In this document: in pieces, positions 1 through 14,000 of the stretch
How the letters are laid out: every line of letters starts with the position of its first letter
Numbering within the stretch: position 1 is the stretch's first letter
Assembly: GCA_040954595.2 (NCBI GenBank)
Contig: CM082578.2
Span: 14,290,304-14,354,303 of the forward strand
Reading direction: 5' to 3'
Source of the DNA: Balanoglossus misakiensis
Lineage: Eukaryota; Animalia; Hemichordata
DNA length: 64,000 nucleotides
Translations under genes and position numbers: made by a program
Notes under the pieces: generated by a model
Seen by the model: the letters and a program-made list of their open reading frames with translations, nothing else
Told to the model about the DNA's origin: nothing
The model's database searches: none

Positions 1-2528
1 TACTAGTACAGTAGAAGTTTCTACCATCTTCTCACTCCTCTCCCACCTCTTCCTATCACTGTTTTTCTCTTACAGCTCTCATTTATTCCATTTTCTGTTT
101 CTCCCATTTTCCACCAGTCTGTCCCCTTTCCACCACTCCTTTCACATGTCTCGCACATTTCCCCCGGAACCGATCTGACTGCATGCCGTGGTGTACATGT
201 ACAGTGGAGTTGATCCGTCTTGTCTGTGCTATACAGGTGACATGGAGTCCTTGTGAGCTATTAATGCATGCACAGATGTGTGTCACTGTGATCTTGTAGC
301 GGTTCTTAACTGTGTCTGTTTTCTTCTAGGTGTCGGCTAATGCATGACTCCATTTCTAATGATTATTAACAATGTTATGTTTTTACTCTGTACAATGTAA
401 ACCACATCACACCACACCAGTGCACATAAACACTCAGAACAAACAGGAACACTTGCGTTTAATGTGATGCAGTTTGTAAGTTGTAATCTTGTGACTACTT
501 GAACACATATGAATGTACACTTCATGAAGTACATATGTGATTTTTGTTTTTAGGGCATATCTTTCCTCTCACGTTCTTATAATCCTCATGATCCACATCT
601 AATAATTGGTTCGATAAATGTCTGTCTTACAGGTAGTCATAGTAACACATTTTCCCCAATCACCTGTTTAATGTCACATGACCAACCAACAAGCACTAAT
701 ACTACAATTTGTAACAGAGTAACTGCAACAGCACTTGTGTGTAGTATGTTTATAATTTTTTCACAGTGTTGTGTTGAGATCATTGTTATGTCATCATCGG
801 ATATATTACTACAATGTAGTAACTAGTGATCGAGGTTGGATCAAGTGACTAGAGCTTATTAAATAAATGATTTTTAGCAAAGTTTTCAGAAAATTTCTTG
901 AAAATGTATTTGTATATGATTTCTTGCAACTATTACTCTTTGACATGCAGGATTGGCATAATTAAATATCTGTTCTATTTGGTGTTACGGTACTCTGTAG
1001 AAGCAAAACATCATGTGCCAATACATATTGAAATGATCATTATGAAATAATTGATAACAACCGCAAAGATTTCACAGAGAGATCAGGCTGTCTCATGACT
1101 GTCCAGTTGGTCGAATTTGTTCATTCATTTATGTTTTTTACGTTGTTAGGTATTGCAGATAGTTTAGGTGATGATGGCGAAGATGATGATGATGATTTAC
1201 CATTTCATTTGAAGTGTAAGTCCTTCATATAACCACTGTATTCTCCTAACTGTTGTTGGCTAACCCACCTGTTTGTAAAATCAACCTAACCCTTATCCTA
1301 ACCTCTAACCTCTGACCTTGATGTAGTCTGCCATATATGCAGTGTGCTAGTGGCTAGTATGTTCTTTGCAATGCCAAATAAACTGTTTGGCAGAGGCAAG
1401 ATTGAGAAGCAAGCTGAATACAGTGTCATAGGCTACAATTATTTCTACTAAACTGAACGCTTGATGCTAGAGGGACTAACCACAAGTTAGAGTCTTTGCA
1501 GTTATACTTGATGCTTCTGTTTAATTGTGCCTTGCTTCTTTCTGTACACCCCTGTCTCTGACAAGTGGAACAATCCAATCATTTGCTGTGCTTGGACTGT
1601 TCCATGTTTACAAGGAATAAGGGGTTTGTACACAGATGAAAAAAGACAATACTAGTGTGTTTGTAAATAATGCAGTATGTATTTGTTGTATGTACATGTA
1701 GGTATGATACAGTGTCCGAGTCCTAGCTGTGATATTTGAATGTATACAAATAAGCATGTGTGTTGCCTACGTTTATCATTCATGCTTTTTTCATTTCTCG
1801 TAGCTTATCTTTTTCTGAAACCATTTCTTTTGAAATCCAGCCATATCATTGAGTGATCAGTACAACTTGGAGTGTAATTCATTGCTACAGGTTCCCATGC
1901 ATTGCTGCCATCATGGATTCACAGCTTGTTCAGACTACAAGCAGGCATTCGTCCACATTACCAAATGACACATACAGATTAAAGAACCGCAGATCTCCGT
2001 GAAACGTCCCCTGCAATACTGCCTACACTTTTTAGCTGCTTTGATTCATTGCTTTTTTTTCCTCACTGTTTTTTAACAAGCGCAAGTGTAGCTGAAGGGC
2101 ATGACCCTGACCATTACCCATAAGACATTGCTTTGCAGCGCCAGCCGTCCCTAGCGACTGTAGTGATTCCTCAAAGGTCACTGACCTTCTACAAAAACAG
2201 CACACAGACACTCCATGTTTTGTCATGACGTGGCCTTCGTAGTTTACCAGTAATAATGCACAGTTTATGAATCATCAGTAGTCTGCAGCTGCTATGCAAT
2301 AGGAATGCTTTTTTAGGTGCTTTTTGCAAACATTTTTTCTGCAGCTATAATGATCTCTTTCAGCCATTGCGCTTTAGCAAGTAAGTCATATCTCACGTTG
2401 ATTTAGAGAATGAAATCACACAACTACTAATACACTATTTGTCTCAATGCATGACGTTGCATCCATTTTTGCTAACATATTTTTTTTTATTTGTATGTGC
2501 CACTTTTCATTTGTTTCTATGGCAATAG

Positions 2529-4685
2529 TTGCTCCCCCTGAGGAGGCCCCGCCAACCCCAGACTACGACTTGGACGAACCATATGCAGACACCATACCAT
2601 TCCATCACAAGTGTAAGTTGGCAAATACGGAAATGCTGCCGCAAATCGTGTGCATTCACTGATCCTTTCACTGTTGGGAATTCCCGCCTAAAATTTCAGT
2701 GCAAATTTTTTACAATTGCATGCATTTTTGGTCAATTTTCGTATTTCATTTTGGAGTGGAAAAAACGCTGCGTAAATTTAACCCTTTCACCCCCATTCAT
2801 AGTACACAGGTCCTATTTCAGCTGTGAAGGCTGGACCAAACTCAGGTGGTGAGAGGGTTAGACTGAGAGTGTAAATCAAAATTATGATATATGTCTACAA
2901 AAACGGAGTCCACCAACAAATAAGTGAAAAGGTCAACCCACAGTAATCATTTCAAGTCAAAAACTCACTTGCATGACAGAAACAGCTTGACTCAATAATG
3001 AAAGCAATTTCTACTGTGATTTGCAGCTAACCTGTTAGCTATGAAGACTAAACCCCTCCCTCATCAACACAGAACAATTGGAACTCATTCTAACACTCAG
3101 ATTTATACAATACATGTACATGTACTCACCAAACATTCCATCAGTCCAATTCACTCTGACAACTGGTACCCTGAATAAATTTTTAGTGGGTATACTGCTA
3201 ATTGGACTCTTATCAATACTCTTAATCATATGTATCATTGTCTCTGGTCATATGATAGAGTCTCACCATCTTGAACAATCCCGTATTTATTAAACAATGT
3301 TAAAGTGCACAGTCTCTAGTCAGACACCTGACTCGTTTATATCATCTTTAATCATTTTATTTCAGTTCAGTTTTCGAGAAATCCCTAGCCTTCCTTTTTC
3401 TGTCTTCACTCTTTTTGTTCTTTCCGTAGGTTCATCATCATCATTATTATTATTACAATCCATTACTTTGCTGATCTTCTGTTTTTTTCTTTCTTTCTCT
3501 TTTCCTGTTTCTCCTATTTGTTCCACTCATTGATAAAATCGCACAAACGAAATCTCTGCACACATGAATTGTTGTCCATTGCAATTCACTTACAGTGTAT
3601 ATTCTCTGGTTTCAAGTGACGTCTAACCAAACTTTGCAAGCATTTATGTCGGTGCATCAGCTAACTTTCTGATCGGTCAGCAAAATTAAGGCTTTAAATA
3701 TTCTAATCTCATCTGATATAAAATGTTTTGTTTTGGGAATAGTACAATTTATATGTTTTCATAGTCTGTCTCTGATTCAGCATATCTGATACAAACCATG
3801 AAATTTTATGCATCAGACTTCATCCTGGGAGATAGCTAAACAAATAAGTTGGATGGAGTTAAGTCTTGTGTCATGTGGTGTAGAGCAGTTTTTGCTATAT
3901 TTCTAATGCATATGACAATCACTCTACAGATCACATGCATACAGAGGACAAACCTGGGTCACCACCCCTAGAAGATCCCCATGAGGGGGAACTGTTGAAG
4001 CCCAAACCAGTACCCAACCCAGTATTAGCATCCAAACCTCACAAAGAATTACATAGAGAACTGAAGAGGGTCAATAAAGATGGCAATAAGTATGATTTAT
4101 TGCATTTTGTATACCATTCTGTGGTTCTTGTAGGCTTTGTGGCATTGCTTGTCTGGACTCTAGTTGGCGCTCAATAAACTTTGCCATTGTCTTGGTTTAC
4201 AGGGAAGTGCTCCACCAAAAACCGGAATTGAAGAAAGCATTTGAGGCCCGGAGAAATGCTGAGAAACTGAAGGAAATCGAAGAGGAGAAGAAAAAGAAAC
4301 GGACAAGTCTGGATATAAAATTGATGAAACAACAAGAAAAGTTACTGGAGGTATGTCTGTTGTGTGCACCTGACTCCTGCGTAATGTTCAAAATACAGTA
4401 GAAGTGGGTAAGAAGATACTGTCAAACAACAGTGACTGTTGGTTCTTGTAAAGACCAGGTTTATGTAGATATCAAGAGTGTCAATGACATGTAACATGAG
4501 TTCTACAAAGTTCCTAGATCACACACATTCCATGATTAAAAGATTTTGTAATATTTTTGCTTTTTCATTTGCAGGTGGAAAACAAACAAAAACAGCAAAC
4601 GATTGAGGAAGATGAAAAGCCTGAATTTCTGAAAGTGAAACTGCGACATAGGGCAGATTCTGACCTTGGCAATGGTTCATCGTGA
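2529..4685 (+). CDS. FAM107B: FAM107-family protein (FAM107A/B-like), 5'-partial; exons 2529-2612, 3930-4089, 4203-4350, 4575-4685
   Basis: Spliced translation ...PTPDYDLDEP...ELLKPKPVPNPVLASKPHKELHRELKRVNKDGNK-EVLHQKPELKKAFEARR...KKKRTSLDIKLMKQQEKLLE-VENKQKQQTIEEDEKPEFLKVKLRHR...* matches recalled FAM107 motifs (PDY, NPV..S..H.xLHREL, KPEL, PEFxKV). All junctions are GT-AG with matching phases. The start exon was not found in the window. A versus B cannot be assigned in an invertebrate. Confidence 0.88.
2778..2861 (+). mobile_element. Copy of the TTAA-CCCTTTCACC MITE family
   Basis: TTAACCCTTTCACCCCC...GGTGGTGAGAGGGTTAG; shares termini and internal GGTCC/TGGAC motifs with 19367-19460. Confidence 0.65.
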
Positions 4686-7600
4686 CCCAGGGCATGATTG
4701 ATTTTGTCTCGATTTGTCATGTGGTATACTAGCTGTCTCTTGTTCACCATGGTCGTATTTTATTTTTACATTTCCTTTCATTGTGGCATCTGTCTATGTA
4801 TGTGTATTCATCTGTTAGTAATTTTTAAGAAGAAAACGTTGTTACATTGTAATTCTGTACCCTGCTTTTGTCAAAGATGAAGACAGTATTTTTGATGTTT
4901 AGTTTTTTTTAAATAGTTGTGAAAAACAAGGAAATCTTTTAGCACAATATTGCCATTGCATTTGGGGATCAAGCTGACTCTGTAAATGTTGGATTTGTTT
5001 CTGAGGTTTTTAACAACTACATGCATTATATATCAACAGCATTTTATGAAGTGTTTTACTTTGTTCATTGAGTGTCTGTAATGTATTTTCTGGTCATCAC
5101 TGACGAACTTCCTACCTCCCTAAACACATTCAATACATTTCTTCCGACTTGGAAACCAAGCAAATGGCTTGGGGCCTGATGTGGACGTACTGGTACAGTC
5201 GAACATGCAGTCACCACATGGGGGCGCTCTCACTTTGGGGTTGTAAATTTTGGTTTGAAGAACCCATCACTTTGAACCATACCTATTGTTTCTTGCAATG
5301 TTTTCTCATGCAGTTCTGAAATTCTGCTTTTGGTTTGTGTCTACCATAAAAAGAATTGCTATTTTACATGTGAAAATATTTTAGAAAAAACAGCATAGAA
5401 ATTTGGAACAAATGCTGAAGGTTGTATAATTGTGTTTAGGGAATCTACTGAAATGCCCCATGTATGCAATGAGTTCTGCAATAATACTTCCCATTCCAGT
5501 GCTTCCATAGCAACATGGTATTAGACAGGCTTCTGAGGCTTCCATGTCTGTCTGAAGTCGTAACCTGTTACCGTAGTTTCCGAAGACCTGCATTCGGCAA
5601 ACGGAAAGAAATGGTCGGAATGGTAGAATTTACATTTCAACAAACTTATTTCCATATGTAGATGATCTGACGCTAATACATGTATTTGTATGCAATAGGT
5701 ACATCTTGCATCATTCTTGCATCTGAAAAGACCGAAAACTTCTGTACTTATTCCCTCTTTTACAGGCAGCTCACAGGGATGTCATATTTTAAAAGTTGGA
5801 GAGCCCCTCTTCTCCAATCAGGTGTGATGGAACAGCATTCAGTTGTGGTGCTTGTGGGTCCCGTTTCTCCACAATAAATTTTAACTGACCGACACAAGTC
5901 CCACACATGTGTTTTGTGATCATACCTCAAAAGATCTAATTTACTGATTGCACAAGAAGAAATATCCTTCATTTATTAACCAGCACAATTTTTCTAATCC
6001 CTTCAATCTTTGAAAGAATACATTCCAGTCTATACCTTATAGAATACTGAGGAATACTGTATAAATTTATAATAAAACTTAGCACGGTTGTCACTGGACA
6101 ATCTTTTATTGAAATGTTACCACTGATAGGGAAAGTTTCACTAGAAGGGGGACTTGTATTATTGTGCCTTATGTCTGTATTACATTTTTTTATGTTTAGT
6201 CATGAAATTTAATGTATATCATATATCCATGATACTTTATGGTTTAAAAATTAATGAAATGAGATTTTAAAGGGTTTTTATCTTTGAAAGGTGATATATC
6301 TGTACATTTCTGTAATTTACTAAATTTCTGTCTTTTCCGGACAATGAAATTGATGCTTGCCAAGCTCTGAGACCGATTTTAATTAATGTGTTTGTTACAT
6401 GTGCTGAATGCCAGCAACACTGTTTAAAAATGAACTGAGAAAAGTGTATTTGTAAGATGTGTCATGTAAATTTGACTGTGGATGAGCTCTGCACATCAGT
6501 TTCTTCAATAGTTTTTAAAAGTGATTCTGACACTAGTTTTGTCTTCGCAAACAATGATAAAACAAATGACTCCAAACTAATCTGTTGGATGATACGGTGA
6601 GGAAATAGCAGTTTATTTTTTGTTGTTGTTAACAATCACATTGAAAAAGAATTTCCTTCATTCATTTACTCAATTTTATGATGCTAAGAAACGCGAAAAG
6701 TAGAATTTTCTTTAATTAGGGTTAGATGATATGAAATAATGCAAAGAAATTCAAGATGTAGCAAGCTCAAATGTTGAATATAAACAAATATGTATATGGT
6801 GGAATCTTTAGACTCACTGCACTTGTGCTTATTTGAAATCAATTCTGTGTTGAACATTCAGTGTTTGTTCGGTGGCTGATTTTCATGTCTGTGTAGAAAG
6901 CTTATGTAAAGTTACTGTTATTGTTAATGTCTCTCATGTCCACTAATGTAATATAAAAGTTTTAAACAAATTTAACAACAAATAAATAAAATAAATTCCT
7001 TTCAAATAAGCATTTTGTCTGCCTTGTGTTTACTTTTATGCAAATGAACTTTTTTTAGAAGACTACATGTACACACATGAACTCTCTATCACGGGCCAAA
7101 ATCATTGTTCTGGTGTAATGTATGGACAAAAAGCAACCCTTCACAGAAAGAAAAAAAAACTTGTATACGTACACACTCAATACGAATACGTAAAAATCTG
7201 TGATGTAGACGTGAGAGGGCGTTGTTCACTCCCCCCCCCCCCTTTCTATTATAAGTATTAAAGTGTGTTTGCATCCGCGCAACCTGAGGCAGGGAGGGGG
7301 AGGTGGGGGCAAAGCAAAATTGGAGGAAGCTGCCGAGACCACCGGTCAATATCTGCCAGCCAAACTTGGTGGGATGGAATACTTCACAGCAATATTTTTC
7401 AGCCTCCTTGAAGCACTTTCGTTTTGTTTTGTCGTATTGCAAAGGCAATATTTTTCAACCCTGTTCAGCAACGCTTCGTTCCAAAACATTAATCGAACCC
7501 AGCCATCCCCCGAATGTGAAAATGTCTCGACTTTGATTCTGCTTTTTTCACTATATAAAAATAAAAGTTTTTATTTTTTCAAACTAGTATTAAATAAAGT

Positions 7601-8094
7601 AGTATACATGTAGTAAGTTATCACTTTCGAAATATGTGATGGCAGATTTTTCTGCAAATTTGATTATGGTTAGCTTTCTGCGAAATTCCTCTACTGTCGG
7701 AAACATTACGCGACATCCAGTTGGCTTTTGTTTTGATTTCGCACGGTCCATAGACATTAGAATGACGTTGTGTAGAGAGATACAATGAACAATTCAATTG
7801 TATGACTCATGGGGTAAAGGGGGAGGAAACAATTTAGACGTAGCCCACGCAGGGAAGGCCTAAACTAAATCCCAACTGGCTACTGCGCCACTGCTTCGTC
7901 GATAACAGTGCTAGAAAGTCAAAGACTTCCAGCTAAAAGTTGCTTACAACTTTACGGATTTCACAATTCACTCTTAAAGTTATTTAGACCGTGCCAGCTC
8001 TATCTCAAGGTACTTTCTCCTTTTGTTACGGGTCTTCGGCAAAACTCGGCGTGGCTTCGACGATATCCGGCGTCAGCTCGATTAACATAACATA

Positions 8095-11000
8095 ATGGCG
8101 GAAGGAAGGCTGTCAGTATGAGAAAATGAAGCTGGTAAAATGTCAACGAAAAACTGTCCGTAGGTGCTCCATAGACAACAGAATAGTTAAAAAATCACGG
8201 TAGGTACAAGAGAGATCTCTTATTTTTATTGCTTTTATAGTGTGTGAGTTAATTAACACCTCGAAAAAGCATTTGTTTTGTTTTTGCATATGTGCGTCCT
8301 GTGTGTATTTATATGGAACTATGTAAAGGTCACCGTTTACTACAAGCCGCATAGCTACAACCCAATAGTGCCTTTTGTTGAACAGATGTGGGAATTTACC
8401 AGTGCGAGGGTAAACCTCACCTCTATCAGGAGCACCTGTGTCTGTCCCTCTTCACTTCTACAATTGGTCAAAGCGAAAACGTCTTTTGTTTAGGCATGAG
8501 CGAATTAAAATCATCGACGCAAACCCGGCTGTCGTCGGTATGTCTTGCTGACTATTAATTCAAATTGGCTCGTGTCGTCGTGTGTCACCCATTTATCACC
8601 ACATCGGGTCAAAAACATTCCTACGTGTAGTATCCGAGCATTTGTGCGATATCTTTTCCAACTTGTTTTGTCTGTCCCTTGAACAAAGCCCGGTCTTTAT
8701 TATCAATGAATGCAATATTCAGCCATTTGAAGGTCGATATTATGAATCCGGCTTTTACCGAAGTCCTTGTCACAAGGAGATTTCGCCGAAGCCTGTACTG
8801 TAGTGTTCGGTGAATGCTGTCGTGATGATCTGTCAGTTGAATATGTGATATTTATTAGTCATCATTTGGCCTGATGTGAAATAAAAATACCTTTATACTT
8901 TAGCATGTTTAACCTCGTTGTATATTACAACCCTATGACCGTGTTGTTCTTTGTTGATTTCATTAATCTCATTAACATAAAGGACGTGTTTCCCCCTTTG
9001 TTTTCAGACAGAAATAGCAAAACCCCAGTGTGTGTACCCGCTAATCGATGCGGTTGCAATATGCTTTATAGGGCTTCATTTTATGGCGAAGTATAAAATT
9101 AAGATAAACTTGATTAAATTTGTGTTATGTTACCCAAGTTTCCATAACAACAAACTAGGTAGACATTTTCCCATTATTTGGGGGAAAACATTGATTTGCT
9201 TGATGGATGCATTAAAGTTAAAAGTGTTACATTAATCAATTAATGGCAGTCAACCTGATGCTATTTCGAAATACTGTGCAAGTGTGATTAATTAAATAAT
9301 TAATTAGCGTGCTGGCCGAACATTTTGAATCAGTTTGTTGCATTGTAGGAGTGATCTCTAGTTTCTAGAGTGGTTGAATGGAAAGGTCAAAACTAAAATT
9401 AAAATAGGAGATACAGTGGTGTCCAGTGTGATTTCTAAAACAACAAGGCACGTGCTGATAAAGCTACTGATGTTGTGACATGGCATCGTACTTCCTGAAA
9501 AGAGTTTATGGGAAAATATAAATGAAACAAAGCATGCCAGCAATTTCAGGCTCCCAGTGGTATGAAGACATGAGCCAGGTTATCCCATCATGGCTAGCAG
9601 AGACTTTTATGGACAGGAATATGTTAACCGTGATTGGCTCGTGATTTGCTATCAATGCCAATGATCACTGCTTTGTCGGATGTTACACTGCAGTGACGTG
9701 TGGCACAAATTATAAGTGAGGTCAAAGTTACTTGTGTTAGCAGTTTGAAACAGTTGCTCGTTAGTTCAGATGTCCAGACTAAACCTAGATTCTATGTGAT
9801 ATACATGTAAGCTACTCGCCTGTCCTGTATCTGCCTTTCAAGAATAATTTTGTAAATGTCATAATTTACAAAGGATGTTTATGAGAAGAGGCAGCTTTCG
9901 ACGGTCAAAGCGATATCAGGTAGGAACTTGCTGGACAGATTAATGGCATGGAAGTTAGATGTCATCCTTTGTCAGGATATTTATAAGGATATTTATATCC
10001 TTCTACACTTTGTTAATACATTTATAGGTTAATTCTCGTATAATTTACACTGCCAAAGAATGTATATGGAGGAGAATGGGTGTTTTGTCAGCTAATGTTT
10101 AGTTTTCCACTTGGAAAAATACAACTTTTCATTTCTTTACTCATGCATGAAATTGAACCTCGGATTGTAATGCAAGGTATATCGGAATATAACTTTTAAT
10201 GCAAGGTTGCAAGAAAAAATGGGATCAGTTAAGCATTATGGAAGATACTGCACTGTGCTATCTCGTATAATTAAAACTCAAACTGTGTCTCTAATTAGAT
10301 TAAGCTGATGCTTTTGTGAGTCTAAAATGTATACCATCACCATTCACCCCAGAGTTTTGATGAACAAAGAACCATTTGCACTGGTACTTGATCCTCATTA
10401 AAATTATGAAGTTGCAGACCTCAGCCTTCCATATGTTACAAACCCCCTGTGGTACAGCCAGATGTGTACTCTAATCGGCTGGTTGAAATATTTTCGCTGT
10501 TTGTCTTCAAGATTTCCAGGATGGTGTTAAACCATTAGTAGTATTACTTGGATATAAGCGAAATACAAAAAATGCAGTCAGTATCAAAAGTTTGTGACTT
10601 TGTTCCCTTAATTGTTTCAGCATAAATGTTCATGAATATGTACTGAAATTATAATTGTACTCGTGTGTTGTATTTGAGCAGAACAAAATAAGCAGTAATG
10701 AGCAAGATTCATATTATTGATTTAAAGTTACGCTGACTGTTAATAATAGTCATCAATATGTTCAGTGTCAGAAGTGGATAAAGATATGTGATGTAGTCAT
10801 GAAATGTTCAAATAAATAATTGTTTGATACAAAGGTACGATTGCAGTGTTTCATTCTGTCATCAGGAATGTGGTATTGGTCTGCTAATACTTGTGTGTTT
10901 GTTTTTGAATTTCATTGTAGAGTAATGGATCCAATCTATGATATCAAATTGTGTTTTTATTGAGGGAAAAAAGCAGGATTCATGGCTGTTGCACAGTTGA

Positions 11001-14000
11001 CACGCATATAAAAACATTGTTCAAATTCAATTAGCAAACAGAAGAAGAATGGGTGGCAACCGTCAAAAAAAGCTCTAATGTCATGGTTCACTTCCGTCCC
11101 ATGGTGTGCACGGTCATACCGGTTGTTGTCAGAGGGAAACTGCCAATAATTTTCATTGTGGCAGGAATTTGCCTGTGGTCCAGGTAGAGTACTCTCATAC
11201 TTTCACAGAAGTGTTGGCATGGAAGAAGCCAATCCCTCTGCCGAAGACCAGCGAGACAGAAGAAAAAAGACAATGGAATGAAAATAACTGGTGTAAAAAC
11301 AATAGCTAGCAAAGAACAATTGCATCACAAGTTGGCTTGAACAAAGCCTTCCAATGTAATGTAATCTGTTGACGAACACAACCTTTGATCAGAGTGCCAA
11401 CACTTATCATGAAATCCCTGACAACAACATATTTGTTCTACACTCCTTGGATCCGCTAGGTGTGCATTGACCTTTCTGTTCGGGAAACAGAGTGTACTCA
11501 ATAGTGTTGCCTCCACCACAGACCCTTCTGTACCTCCCAATTTTTGGCCATTTCTGATGTTCACGGTTGTTTGTTTGTGTCTTTTCAGATGACTGACGGG
11601 CGGCGGACCCAGGTAGTACTCTTGGACGACAGGCGTCTGGAGTTCCTGGTCCAGGTGAGCTAACTCTTCATATTCATGCGTAATTTTCAAAAGTTGTGAC
11701 AACCTAGTGTACTTATTCTTTTTATCTGATGTTACCCATTAAAAAAATAACACAAGTTTACCTCAACCCTTGTAACTGAAATTATGAGGGTGCACCAGAT
11801 GAACAGTATTAGCTTACACTGTTTTGCTGTGACATCATCACAATTGTGCCCAAGCTTGGTGAAACGGGGACATTGGAATGTGCCCTTGTTATTTATGCTA
11901 GCCTAGGTGAACACAGTTAATCAAGTTTTACCAACCATTTATTATATAGAGTATACAGCCATGTCCCACAGCATGCTAAATATAACTTCAATGTGGCTCT
12001 CAACCAGTAACACCCCACATTGATGGTTCAAGAAGCACTCTAAGCGTTCACTTCAAGAAGGGAAACAAAAGCTGAAGTGATGTCCTGCTTGACTGTGAAA
12101 AGGTTACTGTTCATCATTGCAGGATGTTGCTTTGTGTGAGTCAGTACAGTCATTAGCCAGCCCATGTAGAAAATGCAGAAGTTGACAGAATGAAATATTG
12201 CTTGAAAGTTGAAGTACCTTTGATAAAGAAAATAAATTGAACCCGGCATGTGTACCTAAGAAGGATAGTAACTCTTGGTTTTCCATTGGCACTGTGTGAC
12301 AGAAAACAATACCGCTGTCAGTGTCAGTCCTCATACAGAGAGATATTGTTCTTTTTGCCATACATTAAATGGAAACTAGGGCATCACTCCACTATAGACA
12401 TGGCAAATACAAAATGTACCTCAGTCCTTGGCAACGGCATGTCCTTTAGAGAATGTGTCAACAACTGAGTGGGTTCCAGGGTAGAATAGAATTAGAATTC
12501 CCGTCTTTATTCTTAACTTTCTGAATTTCATTTTTGTACCCCACAGCCCAAGCTGCTTGCAGGAGATTTGCTGGATCTGGTTGCGTCACACTTCAATTTG
12601 AAAGAAAAAGAGTACTTTGGGTTAGCTTTTATTGATGAAACGTAAGTATCCTGTTATTTTTGGTGGGTGGGAGGCATTTCCTCATGAATTCAAAGTACAG
12701 GGGGGCGTGGTTGATTTTTTTTTGCATGATTATCAAACAATTGACATAATCGGATGTACCGCAAGTGTGACATTTTGATAACACATGTGTTGTAATGTCG
12801 ATAAATTTTATTAATGACTAAGCTGTGCGTAGTTATTTTATCATCTGTGGTGATGTTTTGTCAACTAACAATGTACCAATTTAGGGTCAATCATTGGGAT
12901 GGTATTTTAAAGAGGGTAGGTGGTAGTTTGCTAATTGGGGTTGGGGATTACTGTTTACAGAGTGCTGTTGTTCAATTGTCACTACAGTACTGCTTTGTAA
13001 AATGTGCCCCTCTAGACAATTTGCTTACTTCTACTTTCATGAGTTTCCATCTAACATGTGTGCCAATATATTAACATCATAATGATCCGTCAAAGAATGC
13101 ACGGAAGAATAGAGTTTGATGTACAGCCTGCAGATACGCTCATTTGGAACCACGCTTCTTTGAATTTCAATGATTTCGCGAAACGTGCCTCACGATCCCA
13201 TGTCTCCAGGGCATATGTTGATCATCACAGTAGTGTTTGATGTCATTCTGAAGGAGTGCCGATTTGGCTTAGCCTTTTTTCTGACCCTGTACTTCGGTTT
13301 GACCCCAGTATTGAGGCCTCATCTGTTTACCCAAAAAATTGGAGTGACATAGTTTTAAGTGAAATGTCTCTTTTTGTCTTTTTGAAAGATGATTACACAA
13401 GTCTGTACATGTATCTTCTTGAACATTTCAAATAATGATCCAAAAACTTATTGAAGTCATGTCCACAAAGAAAATCCAAGCTAGTCTTGCGAATGGAAGG
13501 AACTGACCTCAACCTATAGACTGTCAATTTACAGTACATTATCTAACATTTCAAGACTAAAGGGCAGCTGGGTTTTCTAATGGTTTGTCTACCATTCCAG
13601 GTTCTCCAGGGGTTGTAGCTGTCAGTTAATAATATGGATCAACTCTAATCCTCTGTGATATTTCATATGGGGAGATTGCATTCTCAACTGTTGCTTATTA
13701 ACCCCTCTTTATCACAGCTACACCCACTTAATTTAATGATTGGCTGGATATACGAACAGGGACAAGGGGCGAAAGGTGAATGTACACAAGTGTTGAAGTG
13801 AAACTGAAAGAATTAGTCTAGAGATGGACTGTACTGAAAAAAACACTTTGCTAATTTCATTGGGGTATTTTAGTATTCTGTCTGAAGCGTGTTGAGTTTA
13901 ATCTCATGGATAAAAGACTTCCATCCAAGCTCAAAACCCTGCATACAGAATCTGCTTGGCAGTTGTTCTGTCAGAATGGGAAATTATGTCGGCTGTTGAA

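Noticed and set aside
1283-1318. Telomere-like CCTAAC repeats
   Set aside because: Only a few degenerate units, not an interstitial telomere array.
11041-11312. Short ORF upstream of the FRMD4 MTDGRR exon as an alternative first exon or TE remnant
   Set aside because: No convincing donor in phase and no recognisable similarity.
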